This document shows, one piece after another, positions 41,701 to 54,120 of a stretch of DNA of 64,000 bases (positions are counted from its first letter, which is position 1; the number at the start of each line of letters is the position of its first letter). This DNA comes from Phoronis australis (lineage: Eukaryota > Animalia > Phoronida), in assembly GCA_002633005.1 (NCBI GenBank), contig NMRA01000050.1:1155841-1219840 (forward strand), in the 5' to 3' direction. A program made the position numbers and the translations under genes. The notes below the pieces were generated by a model, which did no database searches, was not told where the DNA came from, and saw nothing but the letters and a program-made list of their open reading frames with translations.

Positions 41701-44700
41701 TCGGTAAGCTTGAACATGGTTGTTCAGCATATAATAGACAGAAATGTAAATAAAACTGGTGTTGCTGCCCTGAGAGCGCAGCTATCAACAAACCTCTGTG
41801 CACGTGACGATTTCCGGTACTCGTGATGTATAAGGCCTACATGTACAACGCCACACATCTTGAAGTCATTACTGCATATGCCCAATATATTTGAAAATAA
41901 GCTGTTTGCCTAGTATTAATACTGCTTAGCACGTCCAATTAAGAAGCATTAAAAACGTCCATCATCTTCGTAATGTTCTCAGTTAAACGTAATATGTTTT
42001 AGCTATAAAAATATCGTCGGGAACTGACGAGATGGCGAGCAGAGCTAGAAAAAACAACGGCTTCGTCATGTACTGCGCATTGAGGGCGTTTGCTATGAGT
42101 GCAAACTGTCTGAAATTTTCCTTAAATTACAAATATCAAGAACACAATACTTAGCTTCGGTCGCAAATACCCTCATAAACGGTTGGGCACAGCGTCGCAA
42201 GTTTTTAAACATCTGCACATATCGTGTTAATTGTTGCAAATTAGTACAAATATAAGCATACGACACATTCTCATCGATTTAGTTTGTATCAGGACAAATT
42301 CCTCTGAGATCATAATTATGATTCGATAAACATGCACTATGTCGTACTTTCAATGAAATGTTTTAAGCCAGCCCGGCAAAAAGGAACCGACAATGAAAGT
42401 AGGGCCTATGTCTCTTCCAACAAGTGGCATTTCGACACTTATTGCATCACAGTTTTAAAAAATTGAAAATGCGTTCGTTTCTTTCATACTGCAAATATAT
42501 TTTAATCTTGTAATCTGCTGCGAAATACCTTCGACGAAAGAAAACAATCTGATTCGGAAAGGCGTTACGTATGAGAGACTGCCTCCATGAACATAAGCAA
42601 TTCAGATCCCATGTCATATCTGTACTAGTGGAAATTAGAATTGTTTTATTTCTGGAACTGATAATTCAGAAACCTGTCCAATTCTAAGTTCTATTCTGGT
42701 CGGTTTGGAGTCACTGATTATTAGCAAGAGCATGGCCGGCGCAGCACTAAAAAAGTGGGGGCTAAAGCCCCCTCAGCCCCCCTGTTGTGCACCGCCTACA
42801 GACCATGTGCAGCCTAGCACTGAAAAAAGTGGGGGGCTATAGCCCCCAGCCCACTATGGTGCGCCGCCCATGAAGAGGCAAAGCTGTTAGCTATGTGATA
42901 GACAATGATAACGGGCGTGCGTTCCGTAGACGCAATAACCCCGTGAAAACGCAAGATCACAGAGACATCGTCATGCATTGAAGTGAAGCACGAGATCACA
43001 TTCAGGCCCGATCAAAACCCAGGTGTTCCGTTTCTCTAGCTAACAACAGATGACGCTGACTGACGCTAACTGCCAAAAGAATCGCGAGAGAGGACAAGTT
43101 TAGTTGTAATGCGGCTTCAGTAACTAGATCCGAGTTTGTTCAAGTTCAAATGAAACCGAATTTTTCACTTACTTGAGACATTAGCCAAAAGAGAACCACA
43201 GAGCAGCGTGCCCTTATGTTATGTAACAATAATAACAGGTACATTAAACCGCGGCTCCAAAAAATCTGGAACAATTATCTATCAAAATATGGTAATAACC
43301 TTAACTTGAACTCCTCTGAGAAGAATACCATCTCGCCAAATGCGAATACAAATTGCCATTGGAGACCAGAGCCTCACTAGCTAAACACGACTTCAAATTT
43401 TAGTTCCTCAACTATAAAAACACAAACTCAAGTTCCAATACTGTTGCCGAAAATGATGTCAAAACGATGATTCCTTATTGATTTAAATAGTACCAAAACC
43501 TGTCGCTTGGTGGCTGATAATCGTTTTCATATTTTAAGTGTTTTGTTCAGATCCTACGGGATCATCTTGTCAATAGGAGATTCTGGCAGGCCCTATAATT
43601 ACAAATAATGGGCAGAGGTTTGAACCATCTAAATTTTGTATCTCCGGAAAAATAGCTCCGATTTCCACTACTCACGAATGTTGACGCTGAGCTTCCAATG
43701 CCAGTGAAACACTCATAAAGCAGTGTAGGATTTTTATTGCGGTCAAAAAATCGATTTGTGTGTTCGAATCCAGACTGAATCGTAAACAAATGTGACGCAT
43801 TGTTTTGTGGTTATCAATCCGCTTCCAGACACCAAAGAAACCAACTTTTAAATAACCACTCCGTAATAAAACTGGTTTGAATTCGACATTTGCTCAAATG
43901 AGGAATGATTTTCGGGCAAGGAAAGAAATAACAGTTCAGTAGTGCGAATTTCGGCGCATAAAAAGACCGGCAAATTTATCGAGACAGTCAGGAATAGACT
44001 GAGACCGTTCTTAGTTTAATTATTTTAATATTCTGTTGTTCTGTTTATTTTTTACATCCGTCTATAGAAAGCACGTCTGCTACGCTACAATAACATAGAA
44101 CACGTTTTGTTAGCCTCGCGTGAACGTATATCGTTGCCGCGACCCCTACCGATAACTCAGCTCCGCTTTTACTGTTCCCGCTACTCCGATGTTCGGTAGT
44201 GTCGAAGCTTTGCAATTAAATCCTGCTACTTTAACCGAAGTTTCCCTTGGCGATTAACTATCGGAGTTAACCTTTCCCATTTACCGAAACTTCGGTAAAA
44301 GCGAAGTTTCGCCTCTACTGGGAAAGCGGCTTTTGTTTCTGGTCATGTTGGCTGAGTTCCAAACTGACGACAATAAGCCGCAAAGTGTGTTGCAGGGTGC
44401 ATGCGAATATCAAACGTACAAGACAACTACGCGTAACATGGTAACAGCAAGTCTGGCACATGAAACCGCTACGACAAACACGTATATCACAGATTATTCA
44501 GTAATGGTTGAATCCGAGGTGAATAGCAATTCATATAGTAGACATGATTTGAAAATGTTCTTATAAATCAAGACTTCCTTCCAAAATGCACTGTAATACA
44601 CACGTTTGCATTCACCAAAACGAGATACTTGGCATATGAGAATGGGAACTTCTGCAGTGCATGTAGGCAAGTTATAAGCGTCATAGTTTTTCTTTGTTAC

Positions 44701-47700
44701 AAAAGGTGGAAAATTACGCAACAAAATGACGTTTGATAGATTTAATTAGATTATTTAGTCTTCATTCAGCTAGCTGGGCGGGAACGTCTGGACCTGTTCA
44801 TTTGTGTACCATGTCAGTATTGAATCCTTGTAGTTCGACATTGTCATTGTTTATTTACTTGTATAATATTGGCCAACTGTTTACATTGTTGTTTATCAGT
44901 AAATATTGATTTGTGTACAACGGTATTGCGCATGTCAGTTGACACATTGTAGTATGTTAACTTAATAATTAATAAAATGTCCATTTGCGAATCATAATAA
45001 TATTGTCCTGCCCAGGTAGTTTGGTAGTTTGTTATTGAAGGAATTCCAGTCAGTGGGTGTTGCTGAACAATAATCAGCATTTTTTGTTTAGTGGATGCCG
45101 TGTTTTCTATTATTCTACCAAGCCAGTATTTGGTCAACGTGAAATTTGAACACAACACGAGTCTCATGGAATCGCTCGAAGCCTATTTTTGGCTAAATCT
45201 GAAACAAGCTGGTGCTGTGAAGGTCATTTCCCCATTTTTATTTTCGGACTCATAGCTCCGTTGTTCCCGATAGGATTTTCTGATTTTTTTTCTGTGAATA
45301 GATCATTCTAAGGGCTATCGCAAATGTTTTTCTCTAGGTCTTTCCGTTCTCGGGTTATTCGAGATTTTCCGAGGACTGGTCTCCAAATAACAGAGTGTTT
45401 TGTCGTATCTTCAACGTCCCTTGACGAATCTGCCTGAAGTTTGATATGCGTCATGAGCATTGTGAAACCTGCTTCTTGTTAAGACTTTCAGTTCTCGAGT
45501 AATTCGATGTTTACTGCTCAGGTGACTGTTATTTTCTTGACCAGTTATTTATATGTGCATTTTGTTAGCACATAAGTGCGAGAGATCGCATTTTTCGTCT
45601 GATCGACATGAAGTTTACGTACACTATATACTAATTGCGAATACTCCCAAGGGCTCTTGGTTGGGCGAAACCGTATGCAAGACAGCGCTGTGACTCCATT
45701 TTTTCGAATATTATGTTTTTTGTGCTCTCGCTCCGCGATCCTTTGAATGAACCTTTTCAAATTTGATTTGTAAATAGATCTCAGTACAGGATATCTAATA
45801 CATGTACATGTATGTTAGTGTAATAAGCGTCAGGATTGTGGTTATTTATGTTCGTGGTTTTGCCGTCCATCTCACTTTAAAACTTTATTCGATTTCATCA
45901 AGCGTCGCTCTTCAGAGCGCTTCTATTTGACTTTTAACTCGTTTGTACTGTTCGAAATGTTAGCAAATATTTTTGTCTGTACCTGTGGTATTATTTTATT
46001 TTGGCGAGGTCAGCAAGCACTGTCCTTCTCTGTAGAATTACTCTAGTCTGTTATGCATGGCAGTTACATAAAACTTTCCATTTCGAAGGTCATCTCTCTC
46101 TCTCTGTCTCACTGAGCTGTTGTCTGTCACATATTGCAAGTAAATGCCTGCACCTGAAAGCCTGTTGTTAAATCGTTACGGTGGAGGCATCGATAGAGGG
46201 TGCTAAGTTCGAAATGTCCTGTTTTAAATGTGTACCACCTCATTGATGTTTTTACAATATTTTGATAATATAAGACATCATCGCATTTTTTTCAAATCAT
46301 GGTTTTCTTGTGATCAACCAAAATCACGTCGAAAACACAGGGCAGCATAATTTGCGAAATCTTGCTTTTTGCTTTTTAGCAAGACATTAGGCCGGTTGCT
46401 AAACGCTCCCCATAATTATCGTCTGCGTCTCACCGGACATCATCGGACAACTTGGAACGAGTGAGTCCGTCGGCGTCATGAAACATAACACTTCAGGAAA
46501 AGCCTCACTCACCATTGTACGTGCCTCGAAAATCGTGACAAATCACCGACTTATCGAGGGGCAATATCTGTATGCTAGATAATACCCAGGCGGGAAGAAT
46601 TCCGCACTCGCGTGAAGTTACGACGGTCGAGTAAATTTTGTCTGGACCACAACTTTCGGTAATCGGACCACCTTCGGTACGGTCGCTAGTCCGGTCTTTT
46701 CGAGCGTTCTAAATTTAGTGCCGTACCAAATCTGGACAATTCTAAATCACCTTTCGCATTGAAACTAGCATTCTTGTGGTCGAGAAAGGATGTTATGCCA
46801 CCGTAATAACTCAGAAAGAGAAAAACCCGTTATTCATTGAATGAAATAGTTCCCTAACTGGTCAGACCTGCATTACAGTTTGTACGGTGGACTAACTTTA
46901 ATTCGAGACCGGCCTCCCGTTCAGTAACGCAAGGACCTCGCTAAAAAGCAAGACTTCGCGAGATTACGTGAGATATTGCCGGGTATTTTAAATGAGAGCA
47001 CGTGACTTTGACTAGGTATTAGCTAGGTCCTACTGTAGGTCCTAGCGTCTACACACGTGAACACACGCCGGGCAAAGGCCTATTTTAATCACCGAAAAGG
47101 CCCTTTCATACTAACGTCGACGAGTCCATGTTTTGAGGGAGTTGCTGTCAGTATGAACGGTTAACTTCGGATCTGTATCGAAATAAACAACACCAATTAA
47201 CGTCGCAGTAAACAAGTGGATTTAGCAGTGGAGCGTCCACACCGTGGCGTAACGTGAGGCGTTCGGCTGAAAGTTTCGCGCTCGTGTTTTACGACCGTAG
47301 TCAATATATATCCACTGAGAAATTGGTCTGTAGTTCACGTAAGCTCTGAAGCAATTGTATGCTCGTAATTCTACACTCGTATTTTGAACATGGTTCAGAA
47401 GCTAAAACCTCAAGAGGCAGAGTATATACATGTACGCTCAAACGATTGAAAAATATAGAATTTTTTTTCCTTGGTGCCCTTGTGGCGCGTGTTAGTACAT
47501 AGTGAGGTGTCTAAATGTATTTCTAGCACGTTGTTTGACATTATTTTTATTTTATTTTATTTTATTTGTTAAAATTAACATGCTTTTTCAATATTTTGAT
47601 TCTATTACGCTCAGCAGAAAGAGCAGACGACATATGACACTGCAAGGAATATAGGAGGTCTAAAACACTTTTCGAGAGACGGGGTAACGTACTGTAGTAG

Positions 47701-50300
47701 AATTTCTAAATGTTGGTAGTAAATCACTCATTCTGTTTTCAAAGCATTTGAATTACAAGTCACCACAAAAACAATATCAACTGCGCGTTAGTTTAATGAC
47801 TTGTGGTATCGCGGACTGATCCTTAAATCTACATTTTTTAACGATTTCGATCCCAAAACACAAGCGAAGTCTCAGTCGTAATTACACTTCCGATTTTCTT
47901 CAAGGTTCTAACAAGCTAGGCGAAGTCGACAACATCTTTTGTTGGCTTCCATTTGTAGATTTGGTGGTGCCCACAGGCGGAATACCAAATAAAAAATGTC
48001 TTCATGTACCGCATATTTGAACTCGGCAAATGTGGGGGGCCTGCACGGGTCGCACTTTGAACTTCGTAAGCTCGGGACTCGAAACTGTTTCCTGTGCTCT
48101 TGACGCTATTCGGCGCTCGCATTTCATGAATGTCGTGTACTGTCCTGGTGTTCAATTCTTGAACGTCGCACGCTGTAGTCTTTCTTCATAGTAATCTGTT
48201 CGAGTGGTACTAATTCATTTTCATAGCGCTCGGACAGTGTACTGCCATTCAAATTGCTCATAAATTTTTCATAAGTAACGGACATCAGCAAACTTTCACT
48301 CGGCGTTTGCAACCTAAAAGTTGTTACAGCGAAACAGGTACTAGGCGAATCTCAGAGCTTTAAGTCCATCGCACAACAGTACAGGCATCCAAGAATGTCT
48401 CAAGCTGCTCTTGTGACTGAAAAGGTAGCTACGCGAACTGTCTTAAAAAACACAAGAAAAGTTTCATCCTCTACAAATGCACAGTGGCGGACCTAGGATA
48501 CCATAAGGGGGAGGGGGGCCAAGATGTTGCCTCGGAGAATTTGGCAAAGCGCGATTGTATGCACTAGCCGCCCGAATGTTGCGGGGGCTGACGATGTGGA
48601 CCTGGTGTTGCCAAATTCTACCGGAGGACTAAAAGAAAAAAAAAGAAAACGGGAACACGATTCCGCTGCGCTCTGCCCCCCACTATATGCTGTTTATTTT
48701 TCCAGCCTGGGGGGCGGGCCCCCTGCCCCCCCCCCCGCCCTAAATCCGCCTATGATGCATGTGAACTCCGGAATTCGTAGGAACTAAGATTTGTACGTAT
48801 CCATTTTGCTCATAATTTTTTTTTTACTGCCGCCGGCTCTTGTGTTTTTGAAGAAGGGTTAAACAATCGCCATTCAAATTCTACACAGACAGAATTATCA
48901 CTGTTTAATATATAGGTCACGCATGTATTAACACATTTTCCTCGAATTACCCCGTGGGTGTCAGCGCTTGCGTCAATATTGAACCGTGACTCTTTTGGAT
49001 ATTATCGGCTGCTCACCAACGTAGTTCTCGTTCATACAGTCTTAACGCATCACCACAACAATTTTGTAGAATTTGTTTATCACTCACACGCACCAGATAT
49101 TGCGTCAAAATTCCTGCACTGCACGAATATACGACGGAGTCGTGACGAGAGCGAGGGATTGTTCATTCATCCGTCCGTCCGTTGAGACGAAAGTTGGCCG
49201 AACTTCATCGTCTCATTTGTATAAAGGATTAATAAACAAGCCACGAGTTTCGTAATCTTTATTTTTGTACTTTATTGTCGTCTGCCAACTAGCGCTAGCA
49301 GAACAAGTTCATTTACGCTTTGTATTGAGTTAAAAATTCACTGAGTGTCTTCTGTCAGTCAGAGTAGATGTTGGGACCATCATTTGCGGTGTTGTTGGAA
49401 TTTGATTTTGAGTGAATATCGAAATTATCTGGCGAATTTCTGATAGAATCAAAAAGAAAATTGTTGGAAAATTTCTACCATGTCCGCAGGATGAGTCGAA
49501 AGCGAACCGATTCAACGTTCTAGTGTTATCCGCTGTCACAGTAGCAATATAAACCACGAAACAAGGTTGATCAGAACATGTCGTTGACTAATGTTTCGAA
49601 CGCGATGTTATCTTATCGTTTGCTCTTTAGTCTTTAGCCTTCTGAACTGATTCCACGCTCGTGAACTGTTAACCACAATTGCTGAATATTACTTCGGGGT
49701 GCTTTGTGGTTATCATATTTTGTTTACGGATGTGGACATTTCCTAGTAATTTATGCGAGATTTTATCGTTGAGACGAGCTTTGAATTTATGTCTGCTCGT
49801 GATAACAATCACGCGCGCTTATCAGATTCATCCAGTTATCCTGTATAAAAATTCCTCACCATTTTATGACAATGACATTGTTCTTAATCTAATTCTAATT
49901 GGACAAGATTTTTTTACTGTCGTATAATACACACATCCATTTCAATCACTTCTGACTAAACATGTTGACTCTTTATACACAGAGCTACCTCAAAACAAGG
50001 TTTGGAAATTTCAAACTGTTAGACAACCAAATGTCAATATCGGTTTTTGATGTTCGAATTCGGCGTCGGTCTACTTGTCTATTGATGGTACATGTAATTT
50101 CGAGAAAAACGAAGCGACCATGTAACGGTAAAAGTCGATTACGAATTTGCATTTATCTCTGTCGTTCATGTACTGAACACAGAAAAACCCGTGACATACG
50201 TGTACAAAACCAAGTTAACAGAAAATAATGTCTAATCCTTACCATCCCCTGATGAGCGCGCCAAGGAAAACAGACAGACTGTTATGAATAGTGCGATCAT
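17552..50300 (-). CDS. Alpha-carbonic anhydrase, secreted/GPI-anchored type, 295 aa; complement(join(17552..17728,18230..18393,21649..21808,22552..22697,25226..25408,50243..50300))
   Basis: Six GT-AG exons total 888 nt in frame. Motifs: WSY..GPSHW, QSPINI, NNGHS (His64), FHFHWG (His94/96), GSEH (Glu106), ELHVVH (His119), DGLAVLG, YEGSLTTPPC (Thr199), NFRP..PLN. N-terminal signal peptide and C-terminal hydrophobic tail present. Confidence 0.93.
17738..17892 (-). mobile_element. ~155-bp hairpin MITE family, copy 1
   Basis: Reverse complement of the copies at 24713/36899/46912; inverted arms TTCAGTAACGCTAGGACC...GGTCCTAGCGT..ACTGAA. Confidence 0.8.
18230..18393 (-). CDS. Carbonic anhydrase exon 5
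   Basis: cttccag|..CAG|gtgagt; GDIRTVRNFKLKDLMLPEEDLGSYFRYEGSLTTPPCSQVITWTVFSKPIPIGSKQ. Confidence 0.95.
18503..18766. repeat. Degenerate (GAT/GAC/AAT)n trinucleotide low-complexity tract
   Basis: Seen directly in CA intron 4. Confidence 0.85.
18767..19085 (+). mobile_element. L2/CR1-group LINE 3'-end fragment
   Basis: GKRTFTYRGTIAYNDCP resembles the ORF2 C-terminal RTF.YRG...WN.LP motif. It is followed by an AT-rich UTR and a terminal CAGGGCCCAGTTGAAAAACA..ACTGAAGTGG..GCCC stem-loop. Confidence 0.55.
20017..20058. repeat. (TACATG)n tandem array
   Basis: About six tandem TACATG units. Confidence 0.9.
20395..20815 (-). mobile_element. Penelope-like retroelement 3' fragment (GIY-YIG endonuclease pseudogene plus 3' UTR with hammerhead remnant)
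   Basis: Minus frame VECGNCKGFYIGLTQRRLCDKLKEHHTSEKSNMYRHCISYNH...REPNKELLYI*ESLAIQNQHATDSLNNMQSSVTLQLW* matches the PLE C..C...YIG.T.R.L....EH...H...H...E.L.I.....LN pattern; one internal stop. Confidence 0.85.
21649..21808 (-). CDS. Carbonic anhydrase exon 4
   Basis: tttccag|..G|gtattc; LHVVHFNTKYSSVQESLSHSDGLAVLGFFFEEKNDDNDKYLAITEELKSPLQK. Confidence 0.94.
22393..22581. repeat. 63-bp tandem repeat x3 spanning the CA exon 3/intron 3 junction
   Basis: Donor-site 'ac' at 22550, 22487 and 22424 (exact 63-bp period). Confidence 0.9.
22552..22697 (-). CDS. Carbonic anhydrase exon 3
   Basis: atttcag|..GAG|gtaaga; VSVGLPDGIEMSLPTVKGTYRAAAFHFHWGTDKMKGSEHLVDSKSYPME. Confidence 0.95.
24130..24263 (+). 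repeat. Dispersed repeat shared with 53985-54120 (C-tract-ended MITE family)
   Basis: attcctgtgg..gtctcgttt..ctcgga..gaggcg..ttttgccca..gtcaaa..ggggctc..gagcc..ccccccggg..catg at both loci. Confidence 0.7.
24713..24864 (+). mobile_element. ~155-bp hairpin MITE family, copy 2
   Basis: gcctcccgttcagtaacgctaggacctcgctaaaaagcaagacttcgcgagattacgtgaga...ggtcctagc..gaacgcacgccagg. Confidence 0.8.
25226..25408 (-). CDS. Carbonic anhydrase exon 2
   Basis: tttccag|..G|gtaaac; DWSYAGDNGPSHWKGDCMKNAQSPINIKTSDVEFEPALTKPKLLKGYDVNIITNLTNNGHS. Confidence 0.95.
26441..28088 (+). mobile_element. Non-autonomous Kolobok-like DNA transposon with degenerate THAP sequence, copy 1
   Basis: TTAA|AGGAGAATGCCACCC ... 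GGATGCCATGCTCCT|TTAA (TSD 26437-26440 and 28089-28092; 12/15 TIR match). THAP relic at ~26610-26790. A second, inverted copy lies at 37944-39977. Confidence 0.8.
30800..30851. repeat. (ATGT)n microsatellite
   Basis: Seen directly. Confidence 0.85.
33066..33105 (-). ncRNA. Degenerate minimal hammerhead-ribozyme motif (Penelope pLTR type)
   Basis: Minus strand uugc-CUGAUGA-c-GUGAC-aagac-GUCAC-AAAA-u-GUA-gc: core and stem II present, but GAAA is changed to AAAA. Confidence 0.45.
36899..37054 (+). mobile_element. ~155-bp hairpin MITE family, copy 3
   Basis: Near-identical to the 24713 copy. Confidence 0.82.
37944..39977 (-). mobile_element. Non-autonomous Kolobok-like DNA transposon with degenerate THAP sequence, copy 2 (inverted; internal 456-bp duplication)
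   Basis: TTGA|AGGAGCATGCCACCC ... GGGTGGCATTCTCCT|TTCA. With one frameshift the minus strand reads MLRCIVPACPNYAAARKAGISFFRLPRESEMLRKWLVVVKNEKYAVNSKYAAVKHLRVCGLQ (THAP C..C..F..P....W....RVC). Confidence 0.82.
46912..47072 (+). mobile_element. ~155-bp hairpin MITE family, copy 4 (partial copies also at ~20843-20950, ~29372-29462, ~32370-32470)
   Basis: Near-identical to the 24713 and 36899 copies. Confidence 0.8.
48482..48754. mobile_element. MITE with CAGTGGCGGA..TCCGCC termini and G/C tracts
   Basis: cagtggcggacctagg ... cctaaatccgcctatg; related to 55863-56105. Confidence 0.55.
50243..50300 (-). CDS. Carbonic anhydrase exon 1 (signal peptide)
   Basis: ATG..MIALFITVCLFSLARSSGD G|gtaagg. 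Phase 1 fits exon 2 (G+AC = Asp). A TATA box lies ~95 bp upstream. Confidence 0.8.
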
Positions 50301-50359
50301 GTCTTTATCGCTGGAGTGTTCGATCAGTCTTATCGGTGTCCCGTCCAAGCTAACCAATG

Positions 50360-50505
50360 CTGAGGAGTGCTCATGAAAGAGGCGCAATCGAACTTTATAT
50401 CAGCTGTTTGAGAGCGTAACTGGTGACGTCAGATGTGACATGGCGGTTTGCACCGGGGGGGTTGTAATGTCTGCCTTGAGAACTGCAGTAACACATGATT
50501 GGATG
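50360..50505 (-). promoter_or_regulatory. Proximal promoter of the carbonic anhydrase gene (TATA, CRE, CCAAT)
   Basis: Minus-strand TATAAA 50394-50399, E-box CAGCTG 50401-50406, full CRE TGACGTCA 50424-50431 and minus-strand CCAAT 50498-50502, in canonical order upstream of exon 1. Confidence 0.65.
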
Positions 50506-53500
50506 TTTTGTCGATATCACGAATGAATATGCATACATATATGTTCGCCGTGTTAGTTATTAGGAAGTTTGCAAAAATAGGGTAAAAATGATATTTCCGG
50601 CTAAAGGCCGTGACATTTTCTTTGGGCTAATGAAATAATTTCATAGTCACAACCGAGTAATTCTGTCATTTGTGAGCCTTAGGATGTAAAATCCGACTGC
50701 ATCTTCTGTCATTCAGTAGGTAATTGTATTCAAATCAACAGGTACTCATTATAAGCCAAATTAAACCAAGGCTCCAAAAAAATTTTTTGAGTGCCACCTA
50801 CACTGTATTGACCACGCTCATATGAAATACTTGCTTATCCGCTGTGCTAAATAAGTTATAAGTTGTGACCTCGCACAAAATACGGGCCTCGTCTTGTACC
50901 CACTTGGATTATTAAAAAGCTTCGGTGACAGGGGAGGGGATTCGTTCAGCTAAACATCTGCATCAAAAAACCTCGGGATCGCACGAAATAAGTGCACCGT
51001 CCTGCAGTCGTATTGGCCCCTCAAAAATTGTGACTTCGCCTTGAACTGCAGATTTGATAAAGGCCGTGGAACTTAATAACCGACAGCCATGTCAAAATTT
51101 GCGCCTGCCTTTTACAGTGTGTTGCCACGTAGCGAGGTTATGTCTAGCAAAAGGGCTGATTTACATCTTTAGTATAAGAAAATCGATTCGTTCATAGATG
51201 ACTTTTAAATATTTTTAATGTGGGAAAGTATTGTAAAAAATTGGTGATGTCTCAATGAACTGTCATGCTGGCTGAAATCCGGGAAATCTCTATCTATTGT
51301 ACAAAAAGCAGCAAAATGTATGGTTTGTATCAAGCTCACATAACAGTCTCGTTAGTTCGGTGAACTGTGACGTAAGAGGATGAACTTTGGGAACTTAAAT
51401 ATCATTTTCCCACCCCGGGGGTCAGCGATTAGAAACTCGGATGGACACACTTTAGCAACAGATTTTGAAGCAGCCCCTTCACCAGAACATCAGAGACCCC
51501 GAAACAGCACCCTTCCAAAGTGTACCCCTTCAATATATGGCCCCAGTATGTGAACTTTCCCATACATCTACCTTGACCCATGATGTAGATTTGCGTGGAC
51601 AATAATATTGTGAAACCTGATTTTAGGTCTCATTTCAATCTCTGAAATCGATAAAAAAACAAAGTTTCCCATACGGGCTCGTAGGAAGGCAAAAATTATT
51701 GGGGGGCACAAACACTTTCGGACGTCGCCAAATAACCCCCCCCCCCCTACGCCACCACCTCCGCTAGCCACCCCCTTCGCCCCCGTCTTCCCGATGCCAC
51801 CATATGAGAAAAGCTCGCCTGGTCTCCAGCTACATGAGTACAGCCCTCATACTCAGGTTCTGTTTATAATCTAGAAAGTATCAACTTAGCAACCCCCTGT
51901 TGTCACTAGTAGTAGAAATAGTAAACATTTGAACTTGACACCTAGCCACAAGCCCTTAGCTGCCAGGCCTATTATTCTGTGCACTAGATAAATTATTTTT
52001 ATGAACTATTTGAAGACTTTTCGTAAGAAAAAACAAGAACATCACAAAAAACAGGGTATAACATAACATCGAAATTTTTTTCTACACCCAATACTTATGA
52101 TTTTACAAAATGACCAGTTGATATGAAGGCGGTGTATGAATACAAAATTTGTAGAAATTGTCAGTAAATATCCAAGTGTTTTATTTCAAACATTTTAAAA
52201 TTACTTTCGTTCGTACACTGTTTAGAACTTGATTTTACTTTCGTAACAGTGCATATAATATTTTGACAGGTATATAATATAATACGAATTATTTTACTTG
52301 AGTAATGATACTGTATTTGCATGGGTAATTTGGCTTACTTTGGTCACTTAGTGTCATTCATGTAAATGTATAATATTGAGTAGGACAAGAAACAAAACAA
52401 TGGCAGAATTTCTTTAAAGTTGGTGGCAGTTGCTAAGCTGTCCACGAATGTGGACATTGGACCAACGGAATTATTGCATGAATTCCAAATGGTGACTTAA
52501 TCGTATGATGATTCCCGGTTGGCCCGGTCAAAACATCAAACGGTTAGTGGAAGCCGAAACATGAAACGATTGCTACCAAACCAACAAAAGTGAGCAAGGT
52601 AAGATAATATACTTTTGCAGTTTTTAAATATTATGCATAAAACTTTTGTTGATAAAATCTAGTTTTCAATGCCTTTTATATTCTTCAGCTGAGCTCAAGA
52701 AACGTAAAAATTAGTTTTCTACAAAAATACTTTTGAAAAACCTCCTTTTTGGTGAAACATCGGATTTTAGGGATAGAGTGCCGTAGAAATTCAGAAGGCT
52801 GCTTATTTTTTTCCACGAAGTCGCACTCTTTTAATGGCATTACATGAGATACTTTTTGTTTGTTAGTCGTCTTCCGGACATTATTAATGACAATTTACAC
52901 AGAGAATGCGTGAGACATTATTAACCCAAATAAGCCAATCCGGTTTTTGTTTATTCATTATTTATAGCTTTTAATTGAATGTGTAAGCTAAATACTTGTT
53001 CATTGAACTCAATAAAAGTAAAATAATACTTGTTATGAACAATAAGGATAAAAATCCCCCCTCAACAGGCTTCCTGTACATTTCAAGTAATTCAAGTTGA
53101 GAAAAAAGTTATATGCATCCCAAAATATGACTGAAGCTATGCAAGGTGACCTGACAGCTTAGGAATGCACTAGTGTCACAATTTTATAAATTGTTCTTTT
53201 TTCATGGTTGAATGTGAGGTCTGTCATTAGGTAACTATAAAAATTCAAGTGTGGATCTCAAAAATGATAACAAAAATCCACTTATTTGCAACTTTTTAGT
53301 GGTTTTCTTGCTCCCAGAATTTGTTTTGGTTATATGTTCAGGCATACTTCCCCCATATACTTTTTAACAACATTGAAGTAAACAAGTCAGTTACATGTAC
53401 ACAGTGGTCATTCACAGACCAAGGGTCATGATCCATATGGCTGTAACTGTGTATTGCATGCTTCAACATCATAGTTCCTGGAATTCCATGTACAGTAGTC

Positions 53501-53984
53501 TGTACCCTGCATGTCTTTGTTTATTTTATTTGACTTGCATCCATTTCAAACATGCACTGAGACTGTTTCATACATGACAGTGGAGACATAACTAGGAGAA
53601 ATAGATCGGAGACTTCAGTCACAAGACAGCACCAAAATACCCCCAAAATATTGAAATTACAATGCATGTACTACCAGTACCCAATGCTCTTCAATTAACT
53701 ATTAGTAACATTTACACATGCAATCACTGATTGGTTATTCATTTTATGTTATGTCAGTGCCTGTTTCATTAGATTTTGGCACCCAGGATACTTTATACCT
53801 TTTTGGTATTAAATGGATTGAAGACAAGAAAGAGTTTCAAATATGCCAAAAATGCGCGCACCCAGCTTAAAATATGGTGGGCTCTAATTTTTGGTGTGCG
53901 GGTCTTTTACTGAAAAAAATCAACGAAGACTAAGAAAAAAACGTTACCAATAGGTTCAGGCCTACGGACGGTGCATCCGCGCCG

Positions 53985-54120
53985 AATTCCTGTGGGCTTT
54001 GTGGATTTTTGTCTCGTTTACTCGGATTTTTGTTTCGCTGAGGCGGACCTTTTTGCCCAATTTGTCAAACTGGGGAGCTCGTTTGAGCCCCCCGAGCCCC
54101 CCCCCCCGGGTGCATTCATG
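53985..54120 (+). repeat. Dispersed repeat shared with 24130-24263
   Basis: Visual alignment with the 24130 copy. Confidence 0.7.

Noticed and set aside
46512-46680. CpG-rich patch ending ATG|gtgagt on the minus strand as an alternative CA first exon
   Set aside because: Phase 0 is incompatible with exon 2; the 50243-50300 exon fits much better
47916-48313. Coding-looking minus-strand segment in CA intron 1
   Set aside because: Stops in all frames and no recognisable domain
50249-50272. CTGATGA...GAAAA hammerhead-like text on the + strand (and CTGAGGA at ~50360)
   Set aside because: No stem II; it is the antisense of CA exon 1 and its 5' UTR
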